From the NCBI GenBank assembly GCA_021325135.1, contig JAJPHT010000020.1, positions 99,721 through 163,720 on the forward strand: a stretch of DNA of 64,000 bases. The letters are read 5' to 3'. Made by a program: the position numbers and the translations under genes. The stretch is from Pseudomonadota bacterium (lineage in GTDB: Archaea > Thermoplasmatota > SW-10-69-26 > JACQPN01 > JAJPHT01). Positions 1 through 9,552 of this stretch are shown in pieces. Position 1 is the stretch's first letter. Each line of letters starts with the position of its first letter. The notes beneath the pieces are model-generated. The model had not been told where the DNA came from. It did not search any database and saw only the letters and a program-made list of their open reading frames with translations.

Positions 1-3000
1 ACGACCCGCGGGCGCTGGAAGCCCGCGTCGCCGCCTGGTGGAAGGAGCACGACGCCTATCGCCAGACCAAGGCCTTCCGCGCCAGCGGACCCCCCTTCTA
101 CTTCCTGGACGGTCCGCCCTACGCCACGGGGCACATCCACATCGGCACGGCGCGCAACAAGGTGCTCAAGGACGTCTTCGTGCGCCACACGAGGATGAAG
201 GGCTTCGCCGTGCGCGACCAGCCCGGCTACGACATGCACGGCCTCCCCATCGAGGTCAAGGTCGAGAAGGAGCTGGGCTTCAACGGCAAGAAGGAGATCG
301 AGGCCTACGGCATCGACCGCTTCGTGGAGGCGTGCAAGCACTTCGCCGTGGAGCACATGAAGGTCATGACGGAGGAGTTCCGCGAGCTGGCCATCTGGCT
401 CGACTGGGACAAGCCGTATATGACGCTCACCAACGAGTACATCGAGGGCGCGTGGTGGGCCATCGAGAAGGCGCACGAGCGCGGCCTCCTCTTCCAGAGC
501 GAGCGCGTGCTCACCTGGTGCTGGCGCTGCGAGACGCCGCTGGCCAACGCCGAGATCGAGTTCGAGGAGCGCGAGGACCCTTCCGCGTATGTGAAGTTCC
601 CCGTGGAAGGGAAGCCTGGCGAATTCCTCGTCATCTGGACGACGACGCCCTGGACGCTCCCCGCCAACGTCGCCATCGCCGTCAACCCCGCGCTCACCTA
701 CGCCCGCGTCCGCGCGCGCAAGGACGGGCGCGACGAGGTGCTCGTGGTCGCCGCAGACCAGGCCGAGAGCGTCGCGCGCATCGGGCGCTACGAGCACGTC
801 GACGTGCTGGAGCGCATCCCGGGCAGCGCGCTGGAAGGGCTGCGCTATCAGCACCCCTTCCGCGTCGAGGTGCCCTACCACCAGAGCCCCGCCTCGGAAT
901 GGAACAACCGCGTGATCCTGGGCAAGCACGTCGCGGCCGACCGCACGGGGCTCGTCCACACGGCCACCGGCCACGGCGTGGAGGACTTCGAGGTGGGCAA
1001 GCAGTACGGCATCCCCGTCTTCAGCCCCGTGGGCGAGGACGGCCGCTACACCGCGGCCGCCGGCACGCTCCAGGGCCTCCAGGTCAAGAGCGCGGGCCCC
1101 GTGAGCGAGGCCGACGAGATCGTCCTCGACAGCCTGCGCGAGAAGGGCCTGCTGGTCGCCTCGCGCCCCGAGAAGCACAGCTACGGCCACTGCTGGCGCT
1201 GCAAGAACCCCATCGTCTTCCGCGCCACGATGCAGTGGTTCATCGAGGTGCCCAAGATCCAGGAGCGCATGCTCGCCGAGGTCGACCGCGTCCAGTGGAC
1301 GCCCGAGTGGGCCGGCAGCGCGCGACAGCGCGACTGGGTGCAGAACGCCCGCGACTGGTGCATCTCGCGCCAGCGCTACTGGGGCATCCCCATGCCGGTG
1401 TGGAAGTGCGGCCACTGCGGCGAGCAGGTGGTCGTGGGCTCGCGCAAGGAGCTTCACCACATCTCGGACTACCAGCACGGCGATCTGCACCGCCCGTGGA
1501 TCGACAAGGTGCGCGTCGTCTGCCCGCGCCGCGGCTGCGGCGGCATCATGAAGCGCGTGCCCGACGTGCTGGACGTCTGGTTCGACAGCGCGGTCGCCGC
1601 GTGGGCCTCGCTGAACTTCCCCTCCCACAAGGAGCCCTTCGAGAGCGCGTTCCCCGCCAAGTGGATCTGCGTAGGCCTTGACCAGACGCGCGGCTGGTTC
1701 TACAGCCAGCTTGGCGCGGGCGTCGCGGCGCTGGACCGCGTGCCCTACGAGCGCGTGGTCATGCACGGCTGGGTCCACGACGCGCAGGGCCGCCCCATGT
1801 CCAAGAGCCTGGGCAACATCGTGAAGCCCGCCGACGTCATGCAGAAGTTCGGCGCCGACGCGCTGCGCTTCGCCCTCATGGCCGGCGCCGCGCCCTGGGA
1901 GGACATCAGCTTCGGCGAGGAGACGGTGCGCGCCGCGCAGCGCACGCTCAACATCCTCTGGAACGTCCACGTCTTCGCGACGCAGTACATGGCCGCCGAC
2001 GGCTTCAGCCTCGTCTCGCTCCAGGACCCCAGCCGGTTCCGCGCCGAGGACCGCTGGCTCCTGAGCCGTCTCCAGACGACCATCGCGGAGACGACGCACG
2101 CCCTGGACGCCAGCGAGTTCCACAAGGCCGCGCGCGCCGTCGAGCAGTTCGTCCTGGAGGACCTCTCGCGATGGTACGTGCGCCTCGTGCGCGAGCGCGT
2201 CTGGGACGAGCGCCCAAGCGACGACAAGTCGCACGCCTACATGGCGCTCCACGAGTCGCTCCAGACCGTCGCGCGCCTGCTGGCGCCCTTCGCGCCGCAC
2301 GTCGCCGAGGCGATGCACCAGGACCTCAAGGCGCCCGGCGGCCGCCTCTCCGTCCACATGGAGGACTGGCCCGTCGCCCGCGCCGAGTGGACCGACTACG
2401 ACCTGGAGCGCGACATGGCCACGCTGCGCGCAGCGACCGAGGCGGCCGCCTACGCGCGCCAGAAGGCCAACATGAAGCTGCGCTGGCCTGTGGCCAAGCT
2501 CGTCTTCGCCACCGACGACCCCGACGTGCGCAGCGCGCTGGCGCGCTTCCGGCCCATCCTCCTGGAGCAGGCCAACGCCAAGGACGTGGAGGTCGTGGGC
2601 GGCGAGTGGGGCGAGCTTCAGCTCGCGGCCACGCCCAACAAGAACGTCATCGGCAAGACCTTCCGCGCCGACGGGCCCAAGGTGCTCCGCGCGCTCTCCG
2701 CGCTGGACCAGAAGCAGCTTCGCGAGGTGCGCGCCGCGCTGGCCCGCGGCGAGCGGCCCGGCCTCGACGCCGAAGGCCTCGCCGTCGTGCTATCACCCGA
2801 CCTCGTCGCCTTCGAGACGCGCCTCCCCGAGCACACGAGCGGCGCGGACTTCCCCGGCGGCAGCGTGTACGTCGACACCGTCGTCACGCCCGAGCTTGAG
2901 GCCGAGGGCGCCGCGCGCGACCTCACGCGCCGCGTCCAGGAGATGCGCAAGCTCATGGGCCTCGCCATGGACGCCAGCATCGTGACCGAGGTCGCGGCGC

Positions 3001-3404
3001 CCCCGGAGTTCGCCGCCATGGTGGCGCCGCGCCTCGCGGAGGTGGCGGAGGCCACGCGCTCCAGCGCGCTCTCCTTCGTGGACAAGCCCTCGGGCTCGCT
3101 GGTGCGCGACTGGGACCTCGAAGGGACGACGCTCACCATCGGGATCGGCGACGCGGCGCGCGCGCCCGCCCCCGCGCCGGCCGCCCCGCCCGCAACGAAG
3201 GCCCCCAGGGCGGCCCCCGCGAAGAAGGCCCCGCGCAAGGCCGCGCCTCCGAAGAAGGCCGCCAAGAAGGCGCCCGCGAAGAAGGCGAGCGCTCCGAAGG
3301 CAAAGCCCGCGAAGAAGGCCGCGAAGAAGACGGCGTCCAAGAAGGCGCCGCCGAAGAAGGCCGTGAAGAAGGCGCCCAAGAAGGCGAAGAAGGGCCGGCG
3401 CTGA
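1..3404 (+). CDS. ileS: Isoleucine--tRNA ligase, archaeal/eukaryotic type (5' end lies before the window), with a Lys/Ala/Pro-rich C-terminal tail
   Basis: Frame is open from base 3 (DPRALE...FLDGPPYATGHIHIGTARNK = HIGH motif); WTTTPWTLPAN, DWCISRQRYWG, PMSKS; Zn-binding CxxC pairs. Confidence 0.97.
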   Translation, partial: DPRALEARVAAWWKEHDAYRQTKAFRASGPPFYFLDGPPYATGHIHIGTARNKVLKDVFVRHTRMKGFAVRDQPGYDMHGLPIEVKVEKELGFNGKKEIEAYGIDRFVEACKHFAVEHMKVMTEEFRELAIWLDWDKPYMTLTNEYIEGAWWAIEKAHERGLLFQSERVLTWCWRCETPLANAEIEFEEREDPSAYVKFPVEGKPGEFLVIWTTTPWTLPANVAIAVNPALTYARVRARKDGRDEVLVVAADQAESVARIGRYEHVDVLERIPGSALEGLRYQHPFRVEVPYHQSPASEWNNRVILGKHVAADRTGLVHTATGHGVEDFEVGKQYGIPVFSPVGEDGRYTAAAGTLQGLQVKSAGPVSEADEIVLDSLREKGLLVASRPEKHSYGHCWRCKNPIVFRATMQWFIEVPKIQERMLAEVDRVQWTPEWAGSARQRDWVQNARDWCISRQRYWGIPMPVWKCGHCGEQVVVGSRKELHHISDYQHGDLHRPWIDKVRVVCPRRGCGGIMKRVPDVLDVWFDSAVAAWASLNFPSHKEPFESAFPAKWICVGLDQTRGWFYSQLGAGVAALDRVPYERVVMHGWVHDAQGRPMSKSLGNIVKPADVMQKFGADALRFALMAGAAPWEDISFGEETVRAAQRTLNILWNVHVFATQYMAADGFSLVSLQDPSRFRAEDRWLLSRLQTTIAETTHALDASEFHKAARAVEQFVLEDLSRWYVRLVRERVWDERPSDDKSHAYMALHESLQTVARLLAPFAPHVAEAMHQDLKAPGGRLSVHMEDWPVARAEWTDYDLERDMATLRAATEAAAYARQKANMKLRWPVAKLVFATDDPDVRSALARFRPILLEQANAKDVEVVGGEWGELQLAATPNKNVIGKTFRADGPKVLRALSALDQKQLREVRAALARGERPGLDAEGLAVVLSPDLVAFETRLPEHTSGADFPGGSVYVDTVVTPELEAEGAARDLTRRVQEMRKLMGLAMDASIVTEVAAPPEFAAMVAPRLAEVAEATRSSALSFVDKPSGSLVRDWDLEGTTLTIGIGDAARAPAPAPAAPPATKAPRAAPAKKAPRKAAPPKKAAKKAPAKKASAPKAKPAKKAAKKTASKKAPPKKAVKKAPKKAKKGRR

Positions 3405-3461
3405 GGCGCCCCTCGCGGGGACACGCAAACCCTCATCGCCCTCTCCGGCGAGCGCCCGGCC

Positions 3462-4019
3462 ATGGACGGCCGGTGGCTGGCGGCGTGGGGCGCGGTCCTC
3501 CTCGTCCTCCTCCCCCTCTCGGGCGCGACGGGCGAGTCCGCCTCGGACGACGACTGGCAGCCCTGCTACGGGCCCGCCGCGCTGGCGCTGCCCTGCCAGC
3601 TCGCCATCCACGTGGACCTCCGCATCCTCGCCTGCGACGAGACGAACTGCACGGTGGAGGTGCAAGGGACCGCCCTGGGCGAGACCACCCTGCCGGGCCT
3701 CAATCAGATCCTCTCCACGGTCGCGGGCGGGGACGGCAGCGGGCTCTGCTCCAGCACCGAGGCCGTGCAGCGCGTCTACGACCTCGTCGCCCCCTGCAAG
3801 GCCCTCTGCAGCGCGACCAACGTCTCGGCCAGCGCCTCCTGCGCCGGCAGGGTGACCGTGACGGTGCCGGCCCCCCGCGGCGGGAGCGAGGGGTCCCTCT
3901 GGGTCTTCACGGACTACACGTGGGACTCGCAGCTCGCGGGCTGGGGAAGCTCGACGCTCCTCTTCGGCATCAGGCAGCACGCCGACGGAAGCGTGGAGAT
4001 CTCCGTCTACCCTCACTGA
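3462..4019 (+). CDS. Hypothetical secreted Cys-containing protein
   Basis: Hydrophobic signal peptide, GC3-biased frame, several Cys. Confidence 0.6.
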   Translation: MDGRWLAAWGAVLLVLLPLSGATGESASDDDWQPCYGPAALALPCQLAIHVDLRILACDETNCTVEVQGTALGETTLPGLNQILSTVAGGDGSGLCSSTEAVQRVYDLVAPCKALCSATNVSASASCAGRVTVTVPAPRGGSEGSLWVFTDYTWDSQLAGWGSSTLLFGIRQHADGSVEISVYPH

Positions 4020-4300
4020 CCCCGCGGCACGTCGTCCCAGCTCTTGGTGACGTCCTCGACCTTCCGCTTCAGGAACTTCGCGCGGATGGCCGCCTCCAGG
4101 TCCACGTCCAGGACGTTCGCCAGCGCGAAGGCCATGAACGCCACGTCCGCGACCTCCGCCTGCGCCTCCGCCTTCTCGCCGCGCCGGATCGCCTCGGCCA
4201 GCTCCCCCACCTCCTCCATGAGCACGAGGGCGAGGAAGGAGGCGCCGGACCTGCGGTCCCCCTCCGCGAAGCGCGCGGCGAGGTCGGCTTGGAGAGTCAT
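4013..4300 (-). CDS. MazG-like nucleotide pyrophosphohydrolase
   Basis: LMEEVGELAEAIR...EVADV all-alpha NTP-PPase motif. Confidence 0.85.
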   Translation of the reverse strand: MTLQADLAARFAEGDRRSGASFLALVLMEEVGELAEAIRRGEKAEAQAEVADVAFMAFALANVLDVDLEAAIRAKFLKRKVEDVTKSWDDVPRGQ

Positions 4301-4323
4301 CTGTCGGCCCGATCACCCCTCAG

Positions 4324-4332
4324 TTTTATAAA
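4324..4332 (+). promoter_or_regulatory. TATA box of the pdxS/mazG divergent promoter
   Basis: TTTTATAAA in GC-rich context, about 30 nt from both start codons. Confidence 0.6.
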
Positions 4333-4364
4333 CGGGAGCCCCATGGGAAAACCGAGGACCCACG

Positions 4365-5390
4365 ATGGCCCGCGAAGTCAACCTCGAGACGCTCCGCCAC
4401 GGCACCACGCTCATCAAGCGCGGCTTCGCCAAGATGCAGAAGGGCGGCGTCGTGATGGACGTGACGACCGCCGAGCAGGCGCGCATCGCGGAGGAGGCCG
4501 GCGCGGTCGCCGTCATGGCGCTCGAGCGCGTGCCCGCCGACATCCGGAAGGAGGGGGGCGTCTCGCGCATGAGCGACCCCAAGGTCATCGAGGAGATCAT
4601 CGACGCGGTCACCATCCCCGTCATGGCCAAGGCGCGCATCGGCCACGTCGTGGAGGCGCGCGTGCTGGAGACGCTGGGCGTCGACATGATCGACGAGAGC
4701 GAGGTCCTCACCCCCGCGGACCCGTACTTCCACATCGACAAGCACGGCTACACCGTGCCCTTCGTCTGCGGCGCGCGCACGCTGGGCGAGGCGACCCGCC
4801 GCGTCTGGGAGGGCGCCGCCATGATCCGCACCAAGGGCGAGGCCGGCACGGGCGACATCGTCGAGGCCGTCCGCCACCGCCGCCAGATCCTCCACGCCAT
4901 CCAGGAGGTCGGCCACATGGACAAGGACGAGCTCCTCCAGGTCGCGCGCAACTACGCCACCTCGTACGAGAGCCTGCCCCAGGTCATCCGCAAGGAGCAC
5001 GGCTTCGACGGCGGCAAGCGCGGCCGCAAGGAGGAGGTCTTCCCGCCGGGCAAGAGCATCGAGGAGATCGAGAGCGGCCTCCTGGGCGTCCTCCTGGAGA
5101 TCAAGAGCCTGCACCGCCTGCCCGTCGTCGACTTCGCGGCGGGCGGCATCGCGACGCCCGCGGACGCCGCGCTCATGATGACGCTGGGCAACGACGGCGT
5201 CTTCGTCGGCTCGGGCATCTTCAAGAGCACGAACCCCGCGGCGCGCGCGAAGGCCATCGTCGAGGCCACCACGCACTGGGACGACCCCAAGACCGTCGCC
5301 GAGGTCAGCAAGGGGCTGGGCGACGCGATGCGCGGCATCAGCAACGCCTCGCTCCCGCTGGAGCAGCAGCTCGCCACGCGCGGCTGGTAA
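4365..5390 (+). CDS. pdxS: Pyridoxal 5'-phosphate synthase lyase subunit
   Basis: [52 protein letters not shown]. Confidence 0.97.
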   Translation: MAREVNLETLRHGTTLIKRGFAKMQKGGVVMDVTTAEQARIAEEAGAVAVMALERVPADIRKEGGVSRMSDPKVIEEIIDAVTIPVMAKARIGHVVEARVLETLGVDMIDESEVLTPADPYFHIDKHGYTVPFVCGARTLGEATRRVWEGAAMIRTKGEAGTGDIVEAVRHRRQILHAIQEVGHMDKDELLQVARNYATSYESLPQVIRKEHGFDGGKRGRKEEVFPPGKSIEEIESGLLGVLLEIKSLHRLPVVDFAAGGIATPADAALMMTLGNDGVFVGSGIFKSTNPAARAKAIVEATTHWDDPKTVAEVSKGLGDAMRGISNASLPLEQQLATRGW

Positions 5391-5453
5391 CTCTCCCATG
5401 GTCCAGCCATCAGGGTTACACCCGAGGCGAGCCACAGCGCCGCGCGATCCACC

Positions 5454-6212
5454 ATGATCCGGAAGCGCAGCATCCTCGCCATCGCGCTCGGGGTCCTGCT
5501 GGTCGCCGCGCTGCCAGGCGCCATCGCCGCCAGCAGCTCCACGTCGAACAGCGCCTCGTCCTCGAGCGCCAGCCAGAACGTGAACATCCCGACGGAGAAC
5601 GTGCTGGGCGCCTTGGCCCTGGGCGCCACCGGGCCCGGCGCGCTCCAGGCGATCTCCAGCGGATCGTCCACGTCGAGCATGCAGTCCAGCGCCTCGCGCA
5701 GCACGGCCCTGGACCTCAACGACGTCCTGGGCTTCATCGCGCTGGGCAGCAACGGCGCCCTGGGCTCCGGCGGCTTCTACGGCGGCGGCTGGGGCGGCAG
5801 CCTGAACAGCCTGGGGACCTTCGGGACCTCGGGCACCTTCGGCTCCTCCTGCGCGCCCCTCGCCTGGGGCGCCTGGATGACGACGACGCCCTCGTGGGCC
5901 ATGTCGTCCCCCTGGTGGTGCAGCGCGGGCGCGGGCGCCTCCGGCGTCGCGTCGGTCACCTCGGTCACCGCCGGCAACCAGACGGTCTTCATGCTGCCGA
6001 CGCGCACGGCCGCCCAGTTCCTCGCGGCCTACGGCGTGACGGGCGTCTCGGTCCCCGTGCTCGTGGCCAACAACACCACCGTGCACGACGTGCTGGCCAA
6101 CATCACCGGGACCGCGACCGCGCTGGCGCCCGGCGTGACGGAGGTCGCGCCCGCCAGCGGCGGCGTCTTCGTGCTGGCCACGGCGAGCGACGACACCCTC
6201 AGCCGCCTGTAG
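5454..6212 (+). CDS. Hypothetical secreted Ser/Gly-rich protein
   Basis: Signal peptide MIRKRSILAIALG..., low-complexity Ser and Gly tracts. Confidence 0.65.
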   Translation: MIRKRSILAIALGVLLVAALPGAIAASSSTSNSASSSSASQNVNIPTENVLGALALGATGPGALQAISSGSSTSSMQSSASRSTALDLNDVLGFIALGSNGALGSGGFYGGGWGGSLNSLGTFGTSGTFGSSCAPLAWGAWMTTTPSWAMSSPWWCSAGAGASGVASVTSVTAGNQTVFMLPTRTAAQFLAAYGVTGVSVPVLVANNTTVHDVLANITGTATALAPGVTEVAPASGGVFVLATASDDTLSRL

Positions 6213-6290
6213 CGCGGCCTCCTGCGGCGGCGCGCGCCGCCGCGCCCCCCTTTTGCCAACCCTGATGCGCCCCGGGGCCGATGCGTCCGC

Positions 6291-6683
6291 ATCGGAGCGA
6301 TCGTCCTCTTCGACGGAGACTGCGGGTTCTGCGACCGCGGCGTGCGGTTCATCGCGCGCCACGACCGGAAGGGGCGATATCGTTTTGCGCCGCTCCAGGG
6401 CCCCACGGCGCGCAGGCTCCTGGCCGAGCACGGGCTGGCCGGGGGCCCCATGGACACCATGGTCCTCGTGGAGGACGGGCGCGTCCACGTGCGCTCGGAC
6501 GCCGCGCTGCGCATCGGGCGCGGCCTGCGGTGGCCCTGGTCGTGGCTCGCCGCGCTGGGCTTCCTGGTCCCGCGCCCCCTCCGCGACGCGGCCTACCGCT
6601 GGGTCGCGCGCAACCGGCACCGGCTCGCGGGCGACGCGTGCGGCGTGCCCACCCCCGAGATGCGGGCGCGCATGCTGGAGTGA
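6291..6683 (+). CDS. DCC1-like thiol-disulfide oxidoreductase (start codon unclear)
   Basis: In-frame IVLFDGDCGFC (DxxCxxC) upstream of the tracked ORF; RSDAAL, RDAAYRWVARNR; no in-frame ATG/GTG/TTG before the motif. Confidence 0.8.
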   Translation: MGAIVLFDGDCGFCDRGVRFIARHDRKGRYRFAPLQGPTARRLLAEHGLAGGPMDTMVLVEDGRVHVRSDAALRIGRGLRWPWSWLAALGFLVPRPLRDAAYRWVARNRHRLAGDACGVPTPEMRARMLE

Positions 6684-6724
6684 AGGGACAGGCAGAAGCA
6701 CCCGAGGCGCGCTGCCGGGCGCGC

Positions 6725-7093
6725 ATGAGGCTTTGGCTGCTCTCGCTGCTCCTGCTCGCCCTGCTGCCCCTCCCTTCGGCCATCGCCGTGGAGCGGCCCC
6801 CCTGCCCCTTCACCGAGTGCGGGCGCGTCGTGGCCACCGTGGACTGCCTGGGCCACGCCGTCGTCGCCGCGGCGGGGGAGTCCGCCACCGTGGGCCCGGG
6901 AGACTGGCTCCTCGTCGTGGACTCGGGCACCTTCTCCGGCGAGACCTACCACAACGAGCGCCACTGGGACGCGGACCAGGTCTCGGCCTTCGTGGACTAC
7001 GTCCTGCCCGGCGCGGGCTGGATCGAGGCGTCGCTCTACTACGACGGGCGGCTGATCGCCGAGGGTGGCACCGGCTGCATCGGCCCGGTGTGA
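6725..7093 (+). CDS. Hypothetical secreted protein
   Basis: MRLWLLSLLLLALLPLPSAIA signal peptide, 4 Cys. Confidence 0.6.
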   Translation: MRLWLLSLLLLALLPLPSAIAVERPPCPFTECGRVVATVDCLGHAVVAAAGESATVGPGDWLLVVDSGTFSGETYHNERHWDADQVSAFVDYVLPGAGWIEASLYYDGRLIAEGGTGCIGPV

Positions 7094-7094
7094 G

Positions 7095-7340
7095 ATGGCC
7101 TTCACCCTGGACCCCGTGGACCTGTTCGGCATCGTGGGGCTCGTCACGCTCCTGGCCGGCTTCCTGGGCAACCTCGCCGGCCGCGTCCCCGCCTCGTCGC
7201 GCCTCTACAGCGCGCTCAACGCAGGGGGCAGCGGCATCCTCGCCGTCTACGCCTACCTGAAGCAGTCCTGGGTGTTCCTGCCCCTGGAGGTCATCTGGGC
7301 CGTGGCCGCGGGCGTCGCCCTCTTCAGGCGCGGGCGTTGA
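7095..7340 (+). CDS. Small membrane protein (CBU_0592-like)
   Basis: Three hydrophobic segments; LYSALNAGGS...LEVIW pattern. Confidence 0.65.
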   Translation: MAFTLDPVDLFGIVGLVTLLAGFLGNLAGRVPASSRLYSALNAGGSGILAVYAYLKQSWVFLPLEVIWAVAAGVALFRRGR

Positions 7341-7470
7341 GGAGCGAGGCGACGGACGAGAAGCAGGCCTCGCACACGAACGGAGTCGAACCCCCCCTCG
7401 CAGGGGTGAGGTACCACACGCCCCGGATGGTCTTCTCCCGGCCGCAGCGGGCGCACAGGCGGGTCGACAT
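7324..7470 (-). CDS. 48-aa zinc-finger microprotein
   Basis: MSTRLCARCG...VCEAC with two CxxC motifs; GGAG just upstream. Confidence 0.5.
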   Translation of the reverse strand: MSTRLCARCGREKTIRGVWYLTPARGGSTPFVCEACFSSVASLLNARA

Positions 7471-7855
7471 CGCTCCGGAGGTCCCCTGGGGGTCCAAATG
7501 CCTTTTGGCTCGTTCGGTCCCGCGAGGGGGGAAAAGGGTCATCCGAGGCTCTCGAACCCCGCCTCGGGGCAGGCTTTCCGGTGCTTCGACCGGAAGGTGG
7601 CGCTGCTCCCGTAGGTCCTGGCGAGGCTTGTGGCCCCGCAGACCGTGCATCGCTGGTGATGCGCCGTCTCCCGCCGCCTGCGATCCAGGACGATGACGTC
7701 GGACATGCCTTCGTCCTGAGGGCGACGGATAACTTAGCCGTGTCCGTCCCGTGGTGTGGTTCCACAGCAATTCTCCAGAAACCATCGGCATAGGGGAGTC
7801 GATCGGCCGGCCGGGGAGGGCATACGCTCAAGCCGGGGAGGCGGAATCGCGCGGC

Positions 7856-8503
7856 GTGGGCCTCAAGATCGGCGTCCTGGGCTTGCAGGGCGCGTTCACG
7901 GAGCACGTCGACGCGGTGCGCGCGGCGTTCCAGCGGAGGGGCGTCGCGGGCGAGGTGGGCACGGTGCGTCGCCGCGAGGAGCTGGCCTCCCTGGACGGGC
8001 TCGTGATGCCCGGCGGCGAGAGCACGACCATCTCCAAGCTCCTGAGGAAGTTCGACCTGCACGACCTGCTTGTGGAGCGCGCCACCCAGGAAGACTTCCC
8101 CATCTTGGGCACGTGCGCCGGCATGATCCTCCTCTCCCGGGAGGGGGATGGCCAGGTGGAGAAGACGGAGACGCGTCTCCTTGGCCTCATGGACATGGCG
8201 GTGAACCGCAACGCGTTCGGCCGGCAGCGGGAGAGCTTCGAGGCCATGCTGGACCTCAAGGGGTTCGACGCGCCCGTGCCGGGCGTCTTCATCCGCGCGC
8301 CCGCGGTGATCCGTACCTGGGGCGCGTGCGAGCCGCTGGGCACCCTCTACGTCGCGGAGGCCATTCCCGGCATCGGGCACGACCCCATCGTCGCGGCGCG
8401 CCAGGGCAACCGGCTGGGCATCGCGTTCCATCCGGAGCTCACGGGCGACACGCGCGTGCACGAGCGGTTCGTCGAGATGGTCGACGCGTGGCGCCGCCGG
8501 TAG
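7856..8503 (+). CDS. pdxT: Pyridoxal 5'-phosphate synthase glutaminase subunit
   Basis: IGVLGLQG, PGGESTT, GTCAGMI, RNAFGRQ, FIRAP, FHPEL. Confidence 0.96.
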   Translation: MGLKIGVLGLQGAFTEHVDAVRAAFQRRGVAGEVGTVRRREELASLDGLVMPGGESTTISKLLRKFDLHDLLVERATQEDFPILGTCAGMILLSREGDGQVEKTETRLLGLMDMAVNRNAFGRQRESFEAMLDLKGFDAPVPGVFIRAPAVIRTWGACEPLGTLYVAEAIPGIGHDPIVAARQGNRLGIAFHPELTGDTRVHERFVEMVDAWRRR

Positions 8504-8971
8504 TCACGCCGTGGGCGGCTTCCCTTCGCGGTGCTGCGTCTCCATGCGGCGCTTCGCCTCGCGGAAGAGCTTGTCGAGGTTCGCCTTGTTGGCGACGTTG
8601 AACGCGGGGGCCATGAGCTTGGCGCCCAGGGTGAGGGGCTCGCTGGTGATCTCGGCCCGGTGGAGCGCGCCGGTGGGCGTCTGCCGTAGGGTCTCGACGA
8701 CGCCGCCCCGGGCGAAGGGCTTGCCCTTGCGCGTGATGGTGGAGGCGGTGACCCAGCGCGTCGTGCCCTCCAGCGTCGTCTCGGTGTGGAAGTCCATGCC
8801 CATCATGGACCACTCGCGGATGATGAGGCCGCCGCGGTGCGTGACGCGGATGGCGGGCGCGCGCTTGGGGTCGGCCATCTTCATGTCGTCGGGCCGGAAG
8901 TCGGTGAGCCACGCGAACGCGTAGTCGACGGGGACGTCGAAGCGCGTCTCGAAGACCTGGGGCTTCGCCAT
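8504..8971 (-). CDS. Hypothetical protein, possibly SRPBCC/START-like fold
   Basis: FDVPVDYAFAWLTDF N-terminus and amphipathic C-terminal helix. Confidence 0.55.
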   Translation of the reverse strand: MAKPQVFETRFDVPVDYAFAWLTDFRPDDMKMADPKRAPAIRVTHRGGLIIREWSMMGMDFHTETTLEGTTRWVTASTITRKGKPFARGGVVETLRQTPTGALHRAEITSEPLTLGAKLMAPAFNVANKANLDKLFREAKRRMETQHREGKPPTA

Positions 8972-9022
8972 GGCCGCTCCATCGCGAGGGGGTGCTTGGG
9001 CCTTGCTCCACCCGGCGGCGCC

Positions 9023-9499
9023 CTACGGCAGCGCGTCGAGGGCGCGGTCCGTCCCGCACGAGGGGAAGGGGAGCCCGGCGCCGGTGCTCACCTGGCCATG
9101 GCCGCTGACGCCCCAGGCGGCGTCGCACCCGGAGCCCGCGTCCTCGCGGCCGTGCCCGAAGGTGGCGTCCTGCGCGCCCAGGCGGAGCGTCTGGTACGTC
9201 TGGGTCACGTACGTCATGCTCCCGTCCGGGTAGATCGTGGTGGAGTTGACCTGCGACTCGTCGAGCCACGCGACGTGGCCGGCCGCCGTCGCGACCTCCG
9301 TGGAGGTCTGGTTGACCCACACGAAGCCCTCGAAGCCCGCGGACGCGTCGTGCTCGAAGCAGCGCGAGCCCGTCTGGTGCACGGAGGCGACGAGGGCGTC
9401 GGTGGTGGAGTCGACCGGCGCGCAGGCCATGTCCGCCGAGGCCGACGGGACGAGGGGGAGGACGAGGGCGATCGCGAGTGCCAGGGGCGCGGCGCGCAT
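9023..9499 (-). CDS. Hypothetical secreted protein
   Basis: MRAAPLALAIALVLPLVPSASA signal peptide, 4 Cys. Confidence 0.6.
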   Translation of the reverse strand: MRAAPLALAIALVLPLVPSASADMACAPVDSTTDALVASVHQTGSRCFEHDASAGFEGFVWVNQTSTEVATAAGHVAWLDESQVNSTTIYPDGSMTYVTQTYQTLRLGAQDATFGHGREDAGSGCDAAWGVSGHGQVSTGAGLPFPSCGTDRALDALP

Positions 9500-9552
9500 G
9501 CGGACCCGCAGGCCGGCGCGCGCCATCAAGGCTCTCGTGGAGCCGTGTTCGC

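Noticed and set aside
7480-7850. Lower-GC stretch with a possible 44-aa ORF (7659-7793) or ncRNA before pdxT
   Set aside because: Weak codon bias and no recognisable motif or convincing structure
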